Source of the DNA: Narcine bancroftii
Taxonomy: Eukaryota
Direction: 5' to 3'
DNA length: 64,000 nucleotides
Assembly: GCF_036971445.1 (NCBI RefSeq)
Contig: NC_091477.1
Coordinates: 4,712,001 to 4,776,000 of the forward strand
The translations under genes were made by a program, and so were the position numbers. A model generated the notes under the pieces. The model ran no database searches. It saw nothing but the letters and a program-made list of their open reading frames with translations, and was not told the DNA's origin. This document shows, piece by piece, positions 24,088-39,773 of this stretch. How positions within the stretch are numbered: position 1 is the stretch's first letter; each line of letters begins with the position of its first letter.

Positions 24088-25184
24088 TTGTTTTTACTAC
24101 AATCACAGCATCTGCAGACTTTCGTGTTTGGCAGCATATTTTATATAATGCTCTCCAATTTGCACTTAATTTAAAAAATATCCGTGATATTAATCTGAAC
24201 GAAAAAGATGGAGGAAATATGAGGGGCCTTGCTTGTCAAGGCTTGAAGCATGAATTTTTTCCACGTAGGCAACAAAAAGAAAGACATAGCTCGGGCCTTG
24301 CTTGTATACTATCCCCTTTGACCTTGAGAAAGTGGGATGAGTCAATGAAGGTGAAGACAAATTTTGTCAATCAGAGGATGGTGTTTTGTGGAGGTGGACT
24401 CCTTTGGTGTATTGTCCAGAAAGAAAAGAAGGGCTTTGAGGCCTTTGATATGGGGATGGAGGTGTATAGTAATTGGATGCCCATGGTAAGCATAAGGTGA
24501 TCGAGTTCAGGGAAGTGGAAGTTATTGAAGTTTTGGAGGGATTTGACTGGGGGTCAAAACAGAGGGCTACATGCATACCAGTTCAGTGGGGTAGGAGCAC
24601 GCAGACACAATGGGTCTACTGGGACAATTAGATCTGTGGATCGTAGGTAAGAGGTCGAAACTGGCAGTGCTGGATTTGAGAAATAATAAGGTTGGAGGCC
24701 ATGATTGGGAGATGACCGGAAGTGACGAGTTCAGAAATGGTGCATAATAAATACAGTGGTTTGATGAGCTTTGGTGAGTTTTTGTATTAATCTGAACAAT
24801 TTGATTTCTACAGATTTCAGGTGAAACAATCCATCTTGTTGTTCTTTTATTGGGTGGTTGTATTTATGATTTCACGTTGTTAGATTATTGCCCTTTCATC
24901 CGTTTTTCTTTTGTGCATAAGTTTTGTGGATGCCTTCCATTTGGACCAGGCGTTTTATCCCCTCCCTAATTTGTCACTTTCATCAATTTTCTAATAATAC
25001 TTTATTTTTGTCTTCTGCTGCACCGTGGAATTTACCTGGAATAATAATTATATTTTTTATTGTAAGTTTGTCTTTACAATAAGCAATCAGAGAACCAGTT
25101 GGTGGCACTATAAGAACTCAGGAACATTTACCATTAATACTCTCTAAATGTTATTATGGAAGTTTGCATTCCTACAGTTTAGGG

Positions 25185-25546
25185 GTGTGGTTTTCAAACT
25201 TTTTATTTCCACTCACATAGTGCCTTAAGTAATCCTTTTTACCATCGGTGCTCTGTGATTAGTAAAGGATTGCTTAAGGTGGTATGAAAGTGAGAAGGGA
25301 AGGTTGGGAATCATTGCTCGAGACCCAATTGTTACTGAAATATTTTGCTTGAGAAAAGGTGTCATTGGCCCATTTCCTTTAGAGTTATGAAACCGTGAAC
25401 ATAACGAGTCAATCAGTTACAATTAAAACAATGGTTTTCAAACGTTTTCTTTCCAATCACATACCACCCTTACCAACGGAACTCATAAGGCATAGGGATT
25501 ACTTAAGGTGATATGTGAGTGGGATGAAAAACTTTGAAAACCACTG
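25185..25546. mobile_element. Composite hAT MITE (reverse orientation relative to 604-984) with perfect 8-bp TSD
   Basis: GTTTAGGG at 25177-25184 and 25547-25554; two palindromic units flank the same spacer. Confidence 0.85.
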
Positions 25547-26589
25547 GTTTAGGGTTTTAACTGTGTTATATTCATTTTTGAAAGAATCTAAGAATATGTA
25601 ATGGATTTCCCCCCCATCTTTAAATTTTGCCTCATTATCAAGCCATGGTCATTCGTTCTCATAAAATTTATTTGTAATAACGGTTATCTCACTGAACTCT
25701 GCCTTCCAAATTATTTACTGTGGCGAGATTTCTAATCAGCCGATGGGCAGCCAAATCGGGGGAAACATCTAAACAATATTAATGATAGGTTGGGAGAAGA
25801 TGGAAATCCAAAGATAAAGATAAACAGTAGATTGCGGACGCTGAAATAGGAAGCCAAAGAAAATCTGCTGGAGGAACTTAGCGAATCAAGTACCATCAGC
25901 GGGAGAAAAAGGATGGTCAACGTTTCGAAACGAAACTCTTCATCTGGACTAAATGATAAAAACATGAATTCGAACATTGATGCTGCTTGACTCCCAGAGT
26001 TTCTGCACCAGATTGTGTTTGGTCTCGAAATCTAAGGTGCTGGCGATACCGGATATTTGAAGGAAATATTGGAATTATTGCAAGAATTTAACAGTTCAGG
26101 CGGAATATGTGAAGAAGGAAGCAAAACGACGTCACGATGACGTTATTAACCTGGAAAGCTTAACGCTATTTTTCTTTCTGCAGATCTTGCCTGATTGCTT
26201 GTGCATTTCAAATGCTGACAATCAATACTCTGCATGAGCCGTTCAGATAAAATTAAGTTTTTGTTTCTGTTGTATATTCTTAGTTTGGTCAGTATGTATC
26301 TGGCTAATGGAAAATTTCCATGATCTTTATTCTGTTTGTCTTGTTCATTTAATAGTTTTGCCCGAGCATTTCCATTTCCTTTTGGTGGTCAACGGCACGC
26401 CTATCCGGTCAATTCCACGAGGCCTTCCCATTGCCTATCCATTCACTTCTTTTTTCCTGATGATACAACACTAAAAATTATATTTTAATCACGTAAAGTG
26501 GAATTTTCACAGTGCACATTTGGACTATTTTTGGAATAAAACTATGTCAATCTGTTTCCATGGTCAACAATTTTCAATGTTGACAACAA

Positions 26590-26920
26590 TCTTTGGATGT
26601 CGATTCCAATAGATGGACTGTGGAAAGAATACGGACAAGACTGAATCTCAGACTGCTTTGGAAATATGAATGCCAGGTAATGCAGAAAGCTGGGGAAAGT
26701 GGTAGGAAAACCATGCCAGCACGGGCACTGAAATCCCATCCATGGAACACATCTAAGTAAAGCGTTGCCTCAGCAAGGAAGCCAACATTATTAAAATTCC
26801 CATTAATATGTTAACACTTTTTATCACGCTTATACCTTCAGGCCGAAGATTCCGAAGTCTAAATTTCGGCACTTTCAGGTTCAAGAACAGTTATATTTAT
26901 TCCAACAGCTACCAGGCGTT
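26590..26920 (+). mobile_element. Degraded Rex1/Babar-like LINE 3' end
   Basis: ccttcaggccgaagattccgaag...aggttcaagaacag...ttccaacagc (PSGRRF...RFKNS...P) resembles the Rex1 C-terminus. Confidence 0.45.
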
Positions 26921-27239
26921 TGAAGCTCGCCGTACTATCTAAAACATAATACTACTCCAAGATCATTAAATATATTTCAACACGACTGGAACAACACAAT
27001 TTTGCACGACTGTAACTCTGAATATTTATCTATTCTTCTTTTATATTTATTGCATTAGTTCTCACGTGGCGCATTGTTTGAACCTCGTTTAGTTTAACTT
27101 AATTTGTTACGTTATAATTCATAAAACTGCGAATTATTTTGCGAGCAGTCTAACAGAATAACTCTATAATACATACAGACATATTCAGTAAAAGGGCAAC
27201 AGTACAGTTAAAAAATCCAATTAGTACAATATTATGGTG

Positions 27240-28530
27240 GCGTGAAGACAGTTGTGAGGTTCATTCAGGAGCCTGACAGCTGCGGGGAAGAAATGTTATT
27301 TAAGCCTATTGGTGCACAATTTCATACACTTCAGCGATCTCTCGGAAGGAGAAGAGAGTCTGTCCAGGTGTGATAGCGTCGTTGGCTGTTATTGCTAGGC
27401 AGCAGGCGATGTAGATGGAGGGGATGAAAGTCTGTATGATTTTCTGAACTACAATCACCACCGTCTGCTTCTTCCGCCAGTTTTGAGTGGAGAAATACCA
27501 CAACTCGCTCTGATGCACCCATATAGTTCCTTGGCCCACTTGTAGAAGCTGCAAAGGAGCGTGGTAGACATGCGGAAAATGTTGGTGGTCAACCTAGTTG
27601 ACCCAGAACAGGTCATTAGAATTGTTTATTGTCAGGAACTTGCTCCAATTCAACGCCATTGATATTGATATTCAACGCCATTGATACTGCCCCTTCCCTA
27701 AGAACTACAATAATTCCAGTTGACTTATTGACGTTGAGACAGGTGTTGTTATATTCAGTTCCTTTCTGTATTCCATCTCTTCGCTATTTGACACCCAGCT
27801 ATGCGTCTGGTGTCCTCAGCGAACGTGAAGATGGAATTGGAATGCCTTTTGGCTGCATAGGCATGGGTGGAGAGGGAGGTCCTAGTCCATAGGGAATAGA
27901 CGGATCTCCATATCCATATCTACTCTTCCCTGGCTTTAACCCTGGTCGACCACGACCGATGGAGGCCACATGATAACAGCTCATGCATAATATATTGCAT
28001 GCGCCTTTGGAAAATATTGGAAAATGTGTTGGTATTGGGGTTTCACGGATAAACAAATGTGTGTACCCTTGGAGCACTTTACTGACCAATTAAACAGAGA
28101 CTGTGAACAGAGTTATTGATGATAATTAATATTATGATAGTTCATTGTTATATACATTCAGTCCAGTGCAGGACTGAATACCCATCCTCAAGGTGTATCA
28201 GAAATGAGTGTGATCATGAGGATGTCGCTACCCATTGTCGTTGATGTTAGACAGGAGGTTAATAATTTGGTTGCAGAGGAGAAATGCTGAGGCCTCTGAT
28301 GCCGAAGCTTGGGGATGGTGTATTGATGAACAGCAGACTGGCAATGATGCCACGGTGTCCAGGACCGAATGAAAGGCCGGAAAGATGGTATCTTCCGTAG
28401 ACCTCGTTCAAAGATAGGCACATTGAAGTGGATCAAGGCAACTTGGAGGTTAGAGTTGATGTGAGCCATTGTCAGCGTCTAAAACAACTCAATGTTGGCA
28501 GGTGTCGGTGCCATCATCGGTTGTCCGTTT
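27240..28530 (-). mobile_element. Degraded Rex1/Babar-like LINE RT fragment, split by a ~290-bp insertion
   Basis: Minus-strand remnants ITLISDTP*GWVFSP (PQG..LSP motif) at ~28165-28215 and NSIFTFAEDT (FADD motif) at ~27808-27840. Confidence 0.55.
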
Positions 28531-28905
28531 ACACGTGGTATTTGTTAATGTGTTGCTGAAGCAAAACTTTAATTGCATCTGTACGTTGTCTTTATAAATA
28601 TAGTCATAAACTATCATAATATTAATTATTATCAATGACTCTGCTATCCCGTTTAGTGTCTCCCTGTTCACAGTTTCTGTTTAATTGCTCAGTAAAGTGC
28701 TCTAAGGGTACACACATATATTTATCCGTGAAACCCCAATACCAACACATTTTCCAATATTTTCCAACGGTGCATGCAATATATTATGGATGAGCTGTTA
28801 TCAGGTGGCCTCCATCGGTCATGGTCGACCAGGGGTAAAGCCAGGACAGAGTAGATATCGATATGGAGATTCGGCTGTTGCCTATGGAGTGGACCTCCCT
28901 CTCCA
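27868..28905. repeat. Inverted repeat: arms ~27868-28150 and ~28600-28905, spacer ~450 bp
   Basis: For example ttggaaaatattggaaaatgtgttggtattggggtttcacggataaa pairs with tttatccgtgaaaccccaataccaacacattttccaatattttccaa. Confidence 0.9.
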
Positions 28906-29304
28906 TGTTAACCTCAGGTTCAAAGGAACGACTAAAATCGAGACAATTTGGTGAGCAGCGTCACATGAGTTTCCGTGTCTGTCCTGGGTACAGTAGTCAG
29001 CTGTCTTCGGCACTCTGACTCCAGATTTTGCCTCAGAGTTTGAATAAGCGGTTAGAAATCAATTAATATAAAATAGAAGCAGCGTTTTCTTTCCTCCACA
29101 ATTTTATTTGGAATTCTAGACATCAGTGCAAATTTTATTGCCTTCCTGCATTAATTAAATGGAGTTCTCGTATACTGATATTAGGCGGACGCTGAAGAAC
29201 ATCGCGCCACATGATGTCAGAAAATAGAGGTAGAGTAGAAAGAACTCTGAACAAGAGGTGTCAATGGTAAGAAGTTTCGAGAAAATATTTATTAACATTG
29301 TAAG

Positions 29305-29459
29305 CAGTGTTCCTCAATTTTTTTCTTCTCACATACCACCTTAAGTAATCCCTCACTAACTACAGCGGACCGATCGCATATGATGTCCTAGGTGCTCTGT
29401 CATTAGTAAGGGATTACTTAAGGTAGTGTGCGAATGACAAAAAAAATTGCGAAACACTG
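29305..29459. mobile_element. hAT MITE single unit
   Basis: cagtgttcctcaa...ttgcgaaacactg termini; same palindromic core. Confidence 0.75.
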
Positions 29460-29509
29460 TTGTCGAGATTGAAGTTATTAAATATAAAGATACCCACGTG
29501 TTTTTAATT

Positions 29510-30112
29510 ATATGCACTTCTCAACAGTCGTGGGTCACCTACCCTCACCTCGTACAACTCCTTGAGTGCTTCCACCAACGCCGCCTCTGCACCATCCTTA
29601 ACCACCGCTTGAGCGACTTCTTTACCAACATTGAAGTCTTGATGCAGACGGAGGCTACCAGCATCGAGACCATGCCAATGAAAAAGCAGCTACGCTGGGC
29701 AGAGCATGTCTATAGGTTGGAGGATTATCGCCTACCTAAGATTGTACTTTATGGCTAAATCTCCACTGGGCACTGTGACAGAGGAACTCCAAAAAGAGGT
29801 ACAAAGACTCACTGAAGAAATCCCTTGCTACCCGTCACGTTGACCATCGCCAGTGGTCTGCTCTAGCCTCCGTAGCCTGGCAACACACCATTCACCAGTC
29901 TGTCTCCGCCTTCGAGAACGCATGCAGGGCTGGCCTTGAGAACAAAAGAAGACGGAGGAAGAACCGTGATACAGCAGTACCAAACCCAGAACAGAATTTC
30001 CCTTGCACTGGCTGCGGTCGGGCAAGTCTGTCCCTCGTCAGTCACCACCGAGCCTGCAGCAGATGTGGACAGCCCACTTCCTAAATCTTCCTTCTCTAAG
30101 TCAAACCATGAT
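29510..30112 (+). mobile_element. Older 5'-truncated RTE-clade LINE
   Basis: SWVTY..LLECFHQRRLCTIL...QLRWAEHVYRLEDYRLPKIVLYG, a diverged homologue of the 58938-59692 element; contains stops and frameshifts. Confidence 0.8.
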
Positions 30113-30256
30113 TATTTTAAATAAATGTTACATTCAAAAGGAATTACTTAGGAACAAAACAAAGTGCAAAATAAATTGAAAAAAATCATGCGTCATTTGG
30201 AGGTCTACTGTTGTAGACTATTAAATGAAATACTGCAACTATTTATGGTACCGTCC

Positions 30257-30360
30257 AGCTTTAAGATTTTCTGGTGCAATGATTGACAAGGGCTTTCTGC
30301 GTCGCTGTCCACCAATCAGGAGTTCAAATGCAGCGAGAGATCCATTGCTCCACCCCCACC
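30257..30360 (+). promoter_or_regulatory. Pcdh promoter module 4 with intact CGCT box (CSE/CTCF-like) and CCAAT
   Basis: tgcaa 30275, gtCGCTgt 30301-30308, ccaat 30312, gatccattg 30339, cacccc box. Confidence 0.8.
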
Positions 30361-30539
30361 ATTGAACGAAAGCAGAATCACACGGACGAGGCTCGGCATA
30401 TTAAATTGTTTTTTGCGACCACTTATTCAAACAGAAAGAACAAGACGATAATGGCTTCAGCGCGAGGTATCGACATTGGTTCCTCGCAAAGAGAGCCGAA
30501 TTAAATTGGACCATCTGAAAATAAACCGGTCGCACAATA

Positions 30540-32912
<2,373 letters not shown>

Positions 32913-34237
32913 TCCACACATTCCTGGTGACAACAAATCTTCGATTTCTTTTTAAAATCCAGGAATTATATTGTTGACAATTAGGTACTGAAACACTCAT
33001 ACCCCAACAAATACCATTAATTGGAGTAAAGAACGTCATGTAATGTACATAATAATATTCACAGGTAATTACTTAAAAAAAGGTTTCAATGATTAAAAAA
33101 AACGGCCTTTGAAACGGGTAGCTGTAAACTGTTAAAGAAAGTCAATAATCAACTTTTGATGTATCATCCACTTTTTTTTGTCGGTATGTCAACTATACAA
33201 GATACTCCGAAGCACTGTGTTCGCACAGACCTCTTTAACTGCCATCGTGTGAAAAAGTTATGGAAGAGCGTATTAGCATCAAAATGCATGTTTTAATAAT
33301 AAATATGCCATTGATAATAGAATATTTTCTAGGTTTCCTTCTTATTGGTAGATATATTCTCACAAGAAAGAAAATTGAAGAATAAACCGGCGTTAGTCCT
33401 TTAAGAAAAAGGATAAAAAAGAAGTAGGAGACGCATGTCAGATGATTAACTTTAGCGATAGACATTGATAAAAATTGAACAAGCAAAGAGGGAGTTCGAT
33501 AGAGAATGGAATTGAAGTAAAATCCAAGTAGCCTCTATGGGGATGTAAATCATATCCGAACAGGAAAGAAGGGATGTCACTGATGGTACGCAAAGAAAAT
33601 GATAAGTGCAGAGAGGTTGAAGGCACAGTTGAAATTCTAAATTGAATGTATTCGGCTAATGCAGCAAACACATAATCAGGAAGTAGAGCTGACTAATACG
33701 AAAAATATGAATAATCCATGAAGAAGTGGTCTCGAAAAGGCATGTTGAACATGATTACGTCACGAAGTCCGCACGGTGATCAATCATTCCGTCATCAAGA
33801 GAACATGCCAGACGCAAGTGCAAGGCCTTGTTCTATATCCAAGGAACTGCAGGACCCTCTAAACTGGCGGTTGAAACTCTAATCAGAAAAGTCATTTCGA
33901 TTTGTGATGGGTGAAGAAGAAGCTGAACATGTTTGACTGAAATATATAGCTTATTTGATTACCGGATTAAATCTTTTACAGAGGTGATAGTGAGGTTTTA
34001 TCAAATAAATGCCTCAGCGATTATCTGTTCATTCACATAGATGCTTAAATTCCTTTGATAAATTTCCATTTAAAAATGTTTATGAAAAGGTCACTCTTTC
34101 TAAAAATGGAATAGGTTCATTTACTCTCTTTCCTTTGTAATCAATGAACGGAATATGGAACAAGAACAGAAAACCAAGAAATATATTTAAAGGTTGAAAG
34201 AAAAACAATGTTTTTCAAATTCGACATCAGCAAACAG

Positions 34238-34398
34238 NNNNNNNNNNNNNNNNNNNNNNNNNNNNNNNNNNNNNNNNNNNNNNNNNNNNNNNNNNNNNNN
34301 NNNNNNNNNNNNNNNNNNNNNNNNNNNNNNNNNNNNNNNNNNNNNNNNNNNNNNNNNNNNNNNNNNNNNNNNNNNNNNNNNNNNNNNNNNNNNNNNNN
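34238..34398. other. Assembly gap (N run)
   Basis: Run of n. Confidence 0.98.
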
Positions 34399-36129
34399 GA
34401 TAAGGTGCGAGGCTTTTTATATCTATAAATTACTTTTCTCTGGGTATTGAGTAAAAGGTTGGGGTAGTACCGGAAGCAATAAAGCAGCTAAAAAGGGGTT
34501 GAAAGACCACTTTCACAGGCAGGCAGAATGCACAGAAAAATGTGAAGTGATATCTTTTGGTAGAAAGAATAATTAAAGAAAAATTAGCAGTGAAAAGAAA
34601 ATTCTGCTTTTGTAAAGTGCTGACTGGAACGAAACAGCATGAATATTCATGTGCATAGTTCCAAGGACCATGCGGAGAGAACGAAATGATCTTTTAGGAT
34701 GAGAATGAAGAAAAAAATATACCAACCGAGAAAGGATTGGATAGGGATGAGTGTGAACTATTTGCAGGTTCATTATAGAATCAGGGCAACGATTTTGTCA
34801 TAATGCGCTCCAGCCATTTCTTCTCTGAAACAATTTTACAATTCTACGCTGCATGTTCGAAATTATTTAGCAAAGAACTTCCACAAGCATAAATGAATAA
34901 TGCTTGTTAGAATACGGAAAAAACTTTTAAAAATGCAAAAAAAAAATCAAACGTCTACTATAGAGAGAAATAGAGTTCAGGTAGGATAAGAAATAAACAC
35001 GTTTTCAGATGTCGAGAATCTCATCAGGTCAAATAGTGTCTGCAGATTGTTTGACCTGCTGAGTTTCTCCAGCATTGTGTTTTTCCTTCTACTAGGGTGT
35101 CTGCAGACTTCTGTGTTTTACTTCAGATATAGAGAATAGAGAATAGATAAAGGGAATCGATATGAATCGTAGTTCTGAAAGTCAGATGGGTTAATTACAG
35201 AAGACTGTTCTGGAGGAGGTACAAATCTAAGGAAGCGAATGAGACCAGAATGGCGAAGGTCAAAGCTAAAACAGCGATGTAGAGAACATTACACTTACAA
35301 AAGAACTGAAATAAGAAAATGCAGGAATTTCTGTGGATAAAAAATATATACATATGAAGAATTATGATGTTTACATTTAGTCAGATTTGCCCAATTCCTC
35401 GGAAAGTAGGTGATCTGGTATTATTTAATCAAATGCTAACATGATGGTTGTAAATTACCTTATGATGTTAACTGATTTCGTCCCCTAAACATCAGTGGTG
35501 CTTGATCAGATTACAATACGACTACAAAGGCGACAGAGGTGAAGTGTGACAGAGAATTAAAGTGATGGGCATTTTAAAGCTCAGGTTTATTTGTACGCAC
35601 CAAACAGAATGTTTTGAATATGCATTTGGTTTGGTTGAAGCATAGGAAAAGAAATATTGAAAAAAGAGCATTGTGGAACAAATGGGAAGAATATGAGTGA
35701 AGCTTGGTTCATCCAAAAAAGAAAATAAAATGCTTGTGTCCCTGAATTATGAAACGGGAAGAGCTAAAGGGGCACTTATAGCACTCTGGTGATTTTCATA
35801 TCGATTTTTCCCGCTTTTATTCAGATCTCGAGCTTGTGAATTATCTTTGTATGTATTCGCATTGTAAAATGCCTTAAATCCTGCGGTTGGCTGAGATGGA
35901 GAATGCACGATTTAGAAACCAAAGTAATTAGAAGCATCATTTTATAATGTTCCCTTACAATGTTTCGTGTCTTTCATATTTACAGAATACAGGGATTAAA
36001 CGAAAGGTTATTCGGTGCATTGGGTCCATTATTCTGTTGACGCTTCAGAGAAATTCTGTTACAAAATTACTCATTTGTATGAACGTGCTCATAATTGTTG
36101 AGGAAATAATTGTCTTGTTATTGGGAAGA

Positions 36130-36820
36130 GAAGTAGCAGCTGGAGTTCAATCCGGGTATGTGTGAGGTGGTTAATTTTGGAAGGACAACCAGAAGGCTGA
36201 GTACAGGTTTAATGGTCAGTTACTTAATTGTAGAGGAAAACAGGGACCTTGGTGGTCCAAATCCATTCATCCCTCAAGGTTTCCGCACAGGTTGATAGTA
36301 TAGCTAAGACGGCCTATGGGATGCTTGTCTTCATAATTGGAAGGATCTGGAAGCTATGGAGAGGTTGCAGAGGAGATTTACCAGGATGTTACCTGGATTG
36401 GAAAATGTCTTATGAGGCAAGGTTAGCAGAGCTGGGACTTTTCTCTTTATGAGCGTAGAAGGGTGAGATGAAACTTAATAGAGGTCTAAATGATTATGAG
36501 ATTATTAGGATGGTCAGCCAACATGTGTTTCCCAAGGCAAGAATAGCAAACACCAGGGGACCTGTGCACAACGTGAAGGGCAGGAAGTTTAGGAGAGACA
36601 TCAGGAGTAAGTTATTTTACGCAGAGCGTTATGGGTGCCTGGAATACCTTGCCAGGGATGGTGGTGGAGGTTTAAACTCTCGGGGTATCTACAGGCACAC
36701 GAATGGACGAAAAGTAGATGGTTACGGGGCAGGGAAGGTTTAGTACTTTTTGAATGGAATATATGTCTTGGCATAACATCGAGGGGCGAAAGGCCTGTAC
36801 TGTGTTGTAGGGTTTATGTT
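36130..36820 (+). mobile_element. CR1-type LINE 3' part
   Basis: SLKVSAQVD..AYGML and SYEARLAELGLFSL, CR1 ORF2 C-terminal motifs. Confidence 0.8.
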
Positions 36821-36879
36821 ATAATGACGCAAAGCTTATTGTAAATTAAAGCGATATTTTGCTTAAAAATGTACTAAAC

Positions 36880-37295
36880 CCACCAGACCCCGTAACCCTC
36901 TATTTTTCTTTCATCCATGTGTCTGTGTAAGAGTCTCTTAAACGCCTCTAATGTTTCAGCCTCCACCACCGTCCCTGGCAAAGCATTCTAGGCTCCCGCA
37001 ACTCTCTGCGTAAAAACATGAACCTCTGAAGTCTCCCCTAAACTCTCCTTCTTTCACGTTGTATAAATGTCCTCTGGTGTCTGCCTTTCATGCCCTGTGA
37101 AACATGTGGCCGCAGTATGCACTATCTAAGCCTTTCATAATCTTGTAAACATCTATCAAGCCTCCTCACGTCTTTCTGCGCTCCAAAAGGAAAGTCCCAG
37201 TTCGACTAACATTACTTCATAAGACTTGTTTTCCCATCCAGGCAAAATCCTGGTAAATCTCCCCTGCACCATCTCTATAGCTTCTCCATCCTTTC
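36880..37295 (-). mobile_element. CR1-type LINE 3' fragment, tail-to-tail with the preceding copy
   Basis: Reverse complement matches 36350-36720 (ggagatttaccaggat, tcttatgaag, tttacgcagag). Confidence 0.75.
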
Positions 37296-39714
37296 TAAAA
37301 TTCCTAAATTATTTAGAACACTCAGGGAAATTTTAAAATATCAATATCTGGAATTCGAAAATCGTCTTCTGGGGAAAGAATAGATTAGGGACGCTGGTAT
37401 TCGTTGCACTTGAGAAGACCGAGAGGGAATTTGCCTGAAACTAGAATACCTTGAGAGATCTTCACATGATTATACTGAAGAAGATGTTTTATCTGAGACC
37501 ATAATAAAAAGGATATCTCTTTGTAACAGGGATTAGGAGAAATTTCTTCAGCCAGAGGGCGCTGAATCTATGGAATTCTTTGCCACAGACGGTGTGGCAT
37601 CGGCTCTATTTGGGCGTAAAGCTTAAAGGGGAGACGCCAGAGAATGAAGTTGAAAGGAAAATTACATCAGGCCCAATTTAAATGGCTGAGCAGCTCTACG
37701 TGATAAATAACTTAATTCTTTTGCAAGATCGTGTGGTCTTAAGTACTTATAATGTGCACCTCTAGGGCCATTTAGAAACAGTGTTTGAAAATACGTAAAT
37801 GGTTGCCCTTCAAAACGAGATAAAGATGTATTGGAACATCACACGCCACTGTAATTCTTTTGAATATGTTAAACAGAGCCAGATAAATACATCCAATAAT
37901 GGGCAAAGGATGAAAGGTTAGCGTGGAATCCGGAAAAGGTTACAATTAAGTCAGTCTTTGTCGCAATAACTGAAATTGCAGTATTTAAGGACCGAGTTGC
38001 TCGCTGCTGCTTTTCAATGGTTCGTAGTCAACCGAATGCTCTCAGTCATATTGAGATTCACGTGGCCAAATATAATTCCCCCCAAAAAGCCCAAGGTCTG
38101 GAAAATCCTGAAGAGTATAGCGAGATGAAAAAATAGAAATTTCACAGTTAAAATAGTACAACACAGATAAGGGCCTCCAGTCCATCACACCAATGCCGAC
38201 TTCACTGTCCACCAATATTAACCATGCGGACGCATTAGGTCCGTATCCTGCTTTGCCTTGTCGATATTGGAATGTATAAATGTCTCTTAAATGTCAATTC
38301 GTATTAATTGTTTCATCCCCCCCAACTCCTTTGGCAGCAAGTTTCAAATATCGACCACTATCCAGGGGGAAATTGTTCCAAGAATTGATTGGGGGGAAAA
38401 AAGTTTGGTCGAAGTCCTTAACAAAGATTAGATCTATTTCATGTTGTGGGAGAATTGATCTTCAAAACATCACCAGCAACAGATACAGTTTTCAAACGTT
38501 CCTGTCCTTTAATTTTTTTTTGCTTGGATGAATAAATTATTTTTCTTTTCAAAATATGTCAAATTATTTTCTAGTGTTTATGTTCATTTGCAATTTTTGC
38601 AGATGCTATCAACTGTTCACGAAATATTCGAATATTTCAGTTTTGTTGAGTTCATGTGGCTCGGTCATTAAGCTGCTTGTACAAATATAAGAATAAAGGA
38701 TCTTCTTTTGAGAACTGACGCGAGAATTATTGACTTGACATTCAGCTGGGATTTGACCGATTGTAAAATCAGGGAATTTCAATAAAATTTCAATCAATGG
38801 AGATCAAACAATGTAATCTCTTTGATTGGTATCTTATCATCCACGATGTAAAATAAATCTTGCTAGTATCACTTCTTTGTGAGGACCATGCAAGATGTTT
38901 AGTATCCGTTGGTACAAATAGACAGGTAACGGCTTCGACACGTTACAAGTAGTCTTGTAATGTAGGCCGACTTAATGCTAGTCGCATTGTCAATTAAATA
39001 TTACAAGAAAGCAGGTGCAAAGCAAAAATAATATAGATTTAGAGAGATTTGTGAAATACTCATCCGAGAAGAATTGGGATGTTAACGAACGCAGTGCAGA
39101 ATTATCTGGAAGTACGTGATTATACAAGAGTATTATTACAGCATTTAAGGTATCTGGGCCAACGACTCACTTAGCATATTGTGCGACTTAAATTCACGGC
39201 AGTGGATATAATCATGCGATATATCGCTTTGTAGTGGATTTATGAAGATATTTATCAATGTTTGTATAGTAAATCTATTGCTATTCTTTCAGTTGGTGTG
39301 TCGGCGAAAACATGGACAATAATAGCTCTGAAATTTTGAATGATGTTCAGCTGAAACAATCTGACAATAAGACTTCTGAAAAAAGGAAGTCTTAAAATAA
39401 ATTCTGTGGATAAATGCGCCTTGGAATCGGATTGAACAAAGGCACTTTTGGAAGGAAAGCACAATGGAGCATCGATGGACCAAGGAAATGGAAATTCAAT
39501 TCTTCATTAAATTCCTCGCGTCTATCCTCTTACTCATTTGATGCCTTCTACAATATATGCCGGAGTCTACTGGATTAAACTAATGCACACAAGTTCTGGC
39601 TCTAAACAACGGTAGAAAACCCGCGATATTTAATGAGATGGAACTGAATTGATTTGTTCACTTTCAGTATATGAACTTCGTACAATTGTCACTGGAGCAG
39701 AATGCCACAGTTAT

Positions 39715-39773
39715 AAGAAAGAGATTATTTAAGGTGGTATGTGAGTGGAAAGAAAAAGGTTGACAATCCACTG
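39715..39773. mobile_element. hAT MITE right half
   Basis: taaggtggtatgtgagtggaaagaaaaaggttgacaatccactg followed by ttctagat. Confidence 0.6.

Larger units (their letters stand above)
22590..24740. mobile_element. Degraded Penelope-like retroelement fragments in both orientations
   Basis: GIY-YIG C-terminal-like GTLQPDGINIDFSGF (+, ~22895) and GTLEPDAINIEFSS (-, ~23615-23660); repeated aaatgctggagaaactcagc terminal motif; minus-strand RT-like TMGIQLLYTSIP at ~24450-24490. Confidence 0.6.
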
